Below are positions 58,505 to 64,000 of a stretch of DNA of 64,000 bases, piece after piece. Numbering within the stretch: the stretch's first letter is position 1; each line of letters opens with the position of its first letter. The notes under the pieces are model-generated. The model saw nothing but the letters and a program-made list of their open reading frames with translations, did no database searches and was not told where the DNA came from. Made by a program: the position numbers and the translations under genes. This stretch comes from Eledone cirrhosa (lineage: Eukaryota), in contig OZ024741.1 in NCBI GenBank assembly GCA_964016885.1, forward strand, positions 363,506,001-363,570,000. The letters run 5' to 3'.

Positions 58505-60350
58505 GTATAGCTTGGGTTAAGAAGGTTATTTCACAATAACATAGATGTAGGTATAGCTTGGGTTAAGAAGGTTGTTTTACAATAACATAGATGTAGGTAT
58601 AGCTGTGGTTAAGAAGGTTATTTCACAATAACATAGATGTAGGTATAGCTTGGGTTAAGAAGACTATTTCACAATAACATAGATGTAGGTATAGCTTGGG
58701 TTAAGAAGGTTGTTTCACTATAACATAGATGTAGGTATAGCTGTGGTTAAGAAGGTTGTTTTACAATAACATAGATGTAGGTATAGCTGTGGTTAAGAAG
58801 GTTATTTCACAATAACATAGATGTAGGTATAGCTGTGGTTAAGAAGGTTATTTCACAATAACATTGACGTAGGTATAGCTGTGGTTAAGAAGGTTATTTC
58901 ACAATAACGTAGATGTAGGTATAGCTTGGGTTAAGAAGGTTGTTTCACAATAACATAGATGTAGGTATAGCTGTGGTTAAGAAGGTTGTTTTACCATAAC
59001 ATAGATGTAGGTATAGCTTGGGTTAAGAAGGTTGTTTTACAATAAGATAGATGTAGGTATAGCTTGGGTTAAGAAGGTTATTTCACAATAACATAGACGT
59101 AGGTATAGCTTGGGTTAAGAAGGTTATTTCACAATAACATAGATGTAGGTATAACTGTGGTTAAGAAGACTATTTCACAATAACATATATGTAGGTATAG
59201 CTGTGGTTAAGAAGATTATTTCACAATAACATAGATGTAGGTATAGCTGTGGTTAAGAAGGCTATTTCACAATAACAAAGATGTAGGTATAGCTTGGGTT
59301 AAGAAGGTTATTTCACAATAACATAGATGTAGGTATAGCTTGGGTTAAGAAGGTTATTTCACAATAACATAGATGTAGGTATAGCTGTGGTTGAGAAGGT
59401 TGTTTTACAATAACATAGATGTAGGTATAGCTGGGGTTAAGAAGGTTGTTTTACAATAACATAGATGTAGGTATAGCTGTGGTTAAGAAGGTTATTTCAC
59501 AATAACATAGATGTAGGTATAGCTTGGGTTAAGAAGGTTATTTCACAATAACATAGATGTAGGTATAGCTTGGGTTAAGAAGGTTATTTCACAATAACAT
59601 AGATGTAGGTATAGCTTGGGTTAAGAAGGTTGTTTTACAATAACATAGATGTAGGTATAGCTGTGGTTAAGAAGGTTATTTCACAATAACATAGATGTAG
59701 GTATAGCTTGGGTTAAGAAGACTATTTCACAATAACATAGATGTAGGTATAGCTTGGGTTAAGAAGGTTGTTTCACTATAACATAGATGTAGGTATAGCT
59801 GTGGTTAAGAAGGTTGTTTTACAATAACATAGATGTAGGTATAGCTGTGGTTAAGAAGGTTATTTCACAATAACATAGATGTAGGTATAGCTGTGGTTAA
59901 GAAGGTTATTTCACAATAACATTGACGTAGGTATAGCTGTGGTTAAGAAGGTTATTTCACAATAACGTAGATGTAGGTATAGCTTGGGTTAAGAAGGTTG
60001 TTTCACAATAACATAGATGTAGGTATAGCTGTGGTTAAGAAGGTTGTTTTACCATAACATAGATGTAGGTATAGCTTGGGTTAAGAAGGTTGTTTTACAA
60101 TAAGATAGATGTAGGTATAGCTTGGGTTAAGAAGGTTATTTCACAATAACATAGACGTAGGTATAGCTTGGGTTAAGAAGGTTATTTCACAATAACATAG
60201 ATGTAGGTAAAACTGTGGTTAAGAAGACTATTTCACAATAACATATATGTAGGTATAGCTGTGGTTAAGAAGATTATTTCACAATAACATAGATGTAGGT
60301 ATAGCTGTGGTTAAGAAGGCTATTTCACAATAACAAAGATGTAGGTATAG
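58505..60350. repeat. Duplication ~58505-59290 copied at ~59563-60350 (1058 bp = 23 units)
   Basis: tgtttcacta 58711/59769, agattatt 59213/60271, and shared cattgacg, aacgtag, ttaccat and aactgtgg variants. Confidence 0.9.
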
Positions 60351-61264
60351 CTGTGGTTAAGAAGACTATTTCACAATAACATAGATGTAGGTATAGCTTG
60401 GGTTAAGAAGGTTATTTCACAATAACATAGATGTAGGTATAGCTTGGGTTAAGAAGGTTATTTCACAATAAAATAGATGTAGGTATAGCTGTGGTTAAGA
60501 AGACTATTTCACAATAACATAGATGTAGGTATAGCTTGGGTTAAGAAGGTTATTTCACAATAACATAGATGTAGGTATAGCTTGGGTTAAGAAGGTTATT
60601 TCACAATAACATAGATGTAGGTATAGCTGTGGTTGAGAAGGTTGTTTTACAATAACATAGATGTAGGTATAGCTGGGGTTAAGAAGGTTATTCCACAATA
60701 ACATAGATGTAGGTATAGCTTGGGTTAAGAAGGTTATTTCACAATAACATAGATGTAGGTATAGCTGGGGTTAAGAAGGTTATTTCACAATAACATAGAT
60801 GTAGGTATAGCTTGGGTTAAGAAGGTTGTTTTACAATAACATAGATGTAGGTATAGCTGTGGTTAAGAAGGTTGTTTTACAATAACATAGATGTAGGTAT
60901 AGCTTGGGTTAAGAAGGTTATTTCACAATAACATAGATGTAGGTATAGCTGTGGTTAAGAAGGTTATTCCACAATAACATAGATGTAGGTATAGCTTGGG
61001 TTAAGAAGGTTATTTCACAATAACATAGATGTAGGTATAGCTGTGGTTAAGAAGGTTGTTTTACAATAAGATAGATGTAGGTATAGCTTGGGTTAAGAAG
61101 GTTATTTCACAATAACATAGACGTAGGTATAGCTTGGGTTAAGAAGGTTATTTCACAATAACATAGATGTAGGTATAGCTGTGGTTAAGAAGACTATTTC
61201 ACAATAACATATATGTAGGTATAGCTGTGGTTAAGAAGACTATTTCACAATAACATAGATGTAG

Positions 61265-61905
61265 GTATAGCTGTGGTCAAGAAGACTATTTCACAATAAC
61301 ATAGATGTAGGTATAGCTTGGGTTAAGAAGGTTATTTCACAATAACATAGATGTAGGTATAGCTGTGGTTAAGAAGGTTGTTTTACAATAACATAGATGT
61401 AGCTATAGCTGTGGTTAAGAAGGTTGTTTCACAATAACATAGATGTAGGTATAGCTTGGGTTAAGAAGGTTATTTCACAATAACATAGAGGTAGGTATAG
61501 CTGTGGTTAAGAAGGTTGTTTCACAATAACATAGATGTGGGTATAGTTGTGGTTAAGAAGACTATTTCACAATAACATAGATGTAGGTATAGCTGTGGTC
61601 AAGAAGACTATTTCACAATAACATAGATGTAGGTATAGCTTGGGTTAAGAAGGTTATTTCACAATAACATAGATGTAGGTATAGCTGTGGTTAAGAAGGT
61701 TGTTTTACAATAACATAGATGTAGCTATAGCTGTGGTTAAGAAGGTTGTTTCACAATAACATAGATGTAGGTATAGCTTGGGTTAAGAAGGTTATTTCAC
61801 AATAACATAGAGGTAGGTATAGCTGTGGTTAAGAAGGTTGTTTCACAATAACATAGATGTGGGTATAGTTGTGGTTAAGAAGACTATTTCACAATAACAT
61901 AGATG
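61265..61905. repeat. Short tandem duplication of 7 units (322 bp)
   Basis: ctgtggtcaag 61271/61593, followed by the same gtagctatag, gaggtagg, gtgggtatagttg series in both copies. Confidence 0.88.
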
Positions 61906-62322
61906 TAGATATAGCTGTGGTTAAGAAGGTTGTTTCACAATAACATAGATGTAGGTATAGCTGTGGTTAAGAAGGTTGTTTTACAATAACATAGATGTAG
62001 GTATAGCTTGGGTTAAGAAGGTTGTTTTACAATAACATAGATGTAGGTATAGCTGGGGTTAAGAAGGTTATTTCACAATAACATAGATGTAGGTATAGCT
62101 TGGGTTAAGAAGGTTGTTTTACAATAACATAGATGTAGGTATAGCTGTGGTTAAGAAGGTTGTTATACAATAACATTGATGTAGGTATAGCTTGAGTTAA
62201 GAAGGTTATTTCACAATAACCTAGATGTAGGTATAGCTGTGGTTAAGAAGGTTGTTTTACAATAAAATAGATGTAGGTATAGCTTGGGTTAAGAAGGTTA
62301 TTTCACGATAACATAGATGTAG

Positions 62323-63941
62323 GTATAGCTGTGGTTAAGAAGGTTATTTCACAATAACATAGATGTAGGTATAGCTTGGGTTAAGAAGGTTATTTCACAA
62401 TAACATAGATGTAGGTATAGCTTTGGTTAAGAAGGTTATTTCACAATAACATAGATGTAGGTATAGCTTGGGTTAAGAAGGTTATTTCACAATAAAATAG
62501 ATGTAGGTATAGCTTGGGTTAAGAAGGTTGTTTTACAATAACATAGATGTAGGTATAGCTGTGGTTAAGAAGACTATTTCACAATAACATAGATGTAGGT
62601 ATAGCTTGGGTTAAGAAGGTTATTTCACAATAACATAGATGTAGGTATAGCTGTGGTTAAGAAGGTTATTCCACAAAAACATAGATGTAGGTATAGCTGT
62701 GGTTGAGAAGGTTATTTCACAATAACATAGATGTAGGTATAGCTGTGGTTAAGAAGGTTGTTTTACAATAACATAGATGTAGGTATAGCTTGGGTTAAGA
62801 AGGTTATTTCACAATAACATAGATGTAGGTATAGCTTGGGTTAAGAAGGTTGTTTTACAATAACATAGATGTAGGTATAGCTGGGGTTAAGAAGGTTATT
62901 TCACAATAACATAGATGTAGGTATAGCTTGGCTTAAGAAGGTTGTTTTACAATAACATAGATGTAGGTATAGCTGTGGTTAAGAAGACTATTTCACAATA
63001 ACATAGATGTAGGTATAGCTGTGGTTGAGAAGGTTATTTCACAATAACATAGATGTAGGTATAGCTTGGGTTAAGAAGGTTGTTTTACAATAACATAGAT
63101 GTAGGTATAGCTGGGGTTAAGAAGGTTATTTCACAATAACATAGATGTAGGTATAGCTTGGCTTAAGAAGGTTGTTTTACAATAACATAGATGTAGGTAT
63201 AGCTGTGGTTAAGAAGGTTGTTTTACAATAACATAGATGTAGGTATAGCTTGGGTTAAGAAGGTTATTGCACAATAACATAGATGTAGGTATAGCTGTGG
63301 TTAAGAAGGTTATTTCACAATAACATAGATGTAGGTATAGCTTGGGTTAAGAAGGTTATTTCACAATAACATAGATGTAGGTATAGCTTTGGTTAAGAAG
63401 GTTATATCACAATAACATAGATGTAGGTATAGCTTGGGTTAAGAAGGTTATTTCACAATAAAATAGATGTAGGTATAGCTTGGGTTAAGAAGGTTGTTTT
63501 ACAATAACATAGATGTAGGTATAGCTGTGGTTAAGAAGACTATTTCACAATAACATAGATGTAGGTATAGCTTGGGTTAAGAAGGTTATTTCACAATAAC
63601 ATAGATGTAGGTATAGCTGTGGTTAAGAAGGTTATTCCACAAAAACATAGATGTAGGTATAGCTGTGGTTGAGAAGGTTATTTCACAATAACATAGATGT
63701 AGGTATAGCTGTGGTTAAGAAGGTTGTTTTACAATAACATAGATGTAGGTATAGCTTGGGTTAAGAAGGTTATTTCACAATAACATAGATGTAGGTATAG
63801 CTTGGGTTAAGAAGGTTGTTTTACAATAACATAGATGTAGGTATAGCTGGGGTTAAGAAGGTTATTTCACAATAACATAGATGTAGGTATAGCTTGGCTT
63901 AAGAAGGTTGTTTTACAATAACATAGATGTAGGTACAGCTG
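62323..63941. repeat. Duplication ~62323-62975 copied at ~63289-63941 (966 bp = 21 units), plus a 5-unit (230 bp) local copy
   Basis: ctttgg 62421/63387, ccacaaaaac 62671/63637, gcttaag (ttggcttaag variant) 62931/63897 and also 63161. Confidence 0.85.
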
Positions 63942-64000
63942 TGGTTAAGAAGGTTGTTTTACAATAACATAGATGTAGGTATAGCTTGGGTTAAGAAGGT

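Larger units (their letters stand above)
1..64000. repeat. 46-bp tandem satellite array, about 1391 copies, single orientation, extends beyond both window ends
   Basis: Unit 1-46 is gtatagctggggttaagaaggttatttcacaataacatagatgtag and recurs at 47. Unit starts fall at 1381, 2761, 4141, 5521 and 6901 (offsets of 30x46 multiples). The unit start at 63841 equals 1388x46 minus 8 bp of deletions. No non-repeat sequence or inverted units were seen. Confidence 0.99.

Noticed and set aside
1-64000. CRISPR array (46-bp length and a GTT...AAC hairpin recall some Bacteroidetes type II repeats)
   Set aside because: Units abut directly with no unique spacers. The variable positions are a few recurring alleles. 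There is no leader or cas gene in the window.
1-64000. Repetitive protein-coding ORF on either strand
   Set aside because: The + strand has TAG/TAA at unit positions 4, 14, 33, 38 and 44, covering all three frames. The minus strand has stops in two of three frames per unit, and because 46 is not a multiple of 3 every frame closes within about two units.
1-64000. Coding under a TAA/TAG-reassigned genetic code (46-aa repeat per 3 units)
   Set aside because: Every base would cycle through all codon positions, frequent TGA-creating variants (gttgag, cattgat, ggtgatt, cttgag) interrupt the frames, and 1-2 bp deletions are tolerated and copied. There is no positive evidence for it.
1-64000. Rolling-circle or sequencing concatemer artefact of a single 46-mer
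   Set aside because: Variants are shared in long ordered blocks at many different offsets and indels are very rare. This fits real evolutionary duplication rather than random read error. Individual blocks could still be misassembled.
1-64000. G-quadruplex-forming array
   Set aside because: There is at most one GGG run per 46-bp unit, so the spacing is far too long for canonical G4 motifs.

Overview
The whole 64,000-bp window is one uninterrupted head-to-tail tandem array (satellite or giant minisatellite) of a 46-bp AT-rich monomer. The consensus is GTATAGCT(GT/TG)GGTTAAGAAG(GTTATTTC/GTTGTTTT/ACTATTTC)ACAATAACATAGATGTAG, about 33% GC with a G-rich + strand. There are 1391 full units plus 22 bp, all in one orientation, and the array runs off both ends. 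I found no gene, RNA gene, transposon, CRISPR spacer or unique sequence: the + strand has stops in all three frames within every unit, and minus-strand frames close within about two units. The real structure lies in the variants. Rare substitutions and six small deletions (8 bp total, which exactly explain the phase drift) reveal nested in-register duplications of 5 to 117 units and an older long-range duplication (about 12-34 kb versus 50-63 kb), with no fixed higher-order period. The monomer is built from adjacent quasi-palindromes and a degenerate 12-bp sub-repeat. I cannot name the organism or satellite family. A eukaryotic heterochromatic, centromeric or subtelomeric origin is inference only. 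I found no evidence of a novel protein- or RNA-coding system. All comparisons were done by eye, so block boundaries are approximate.
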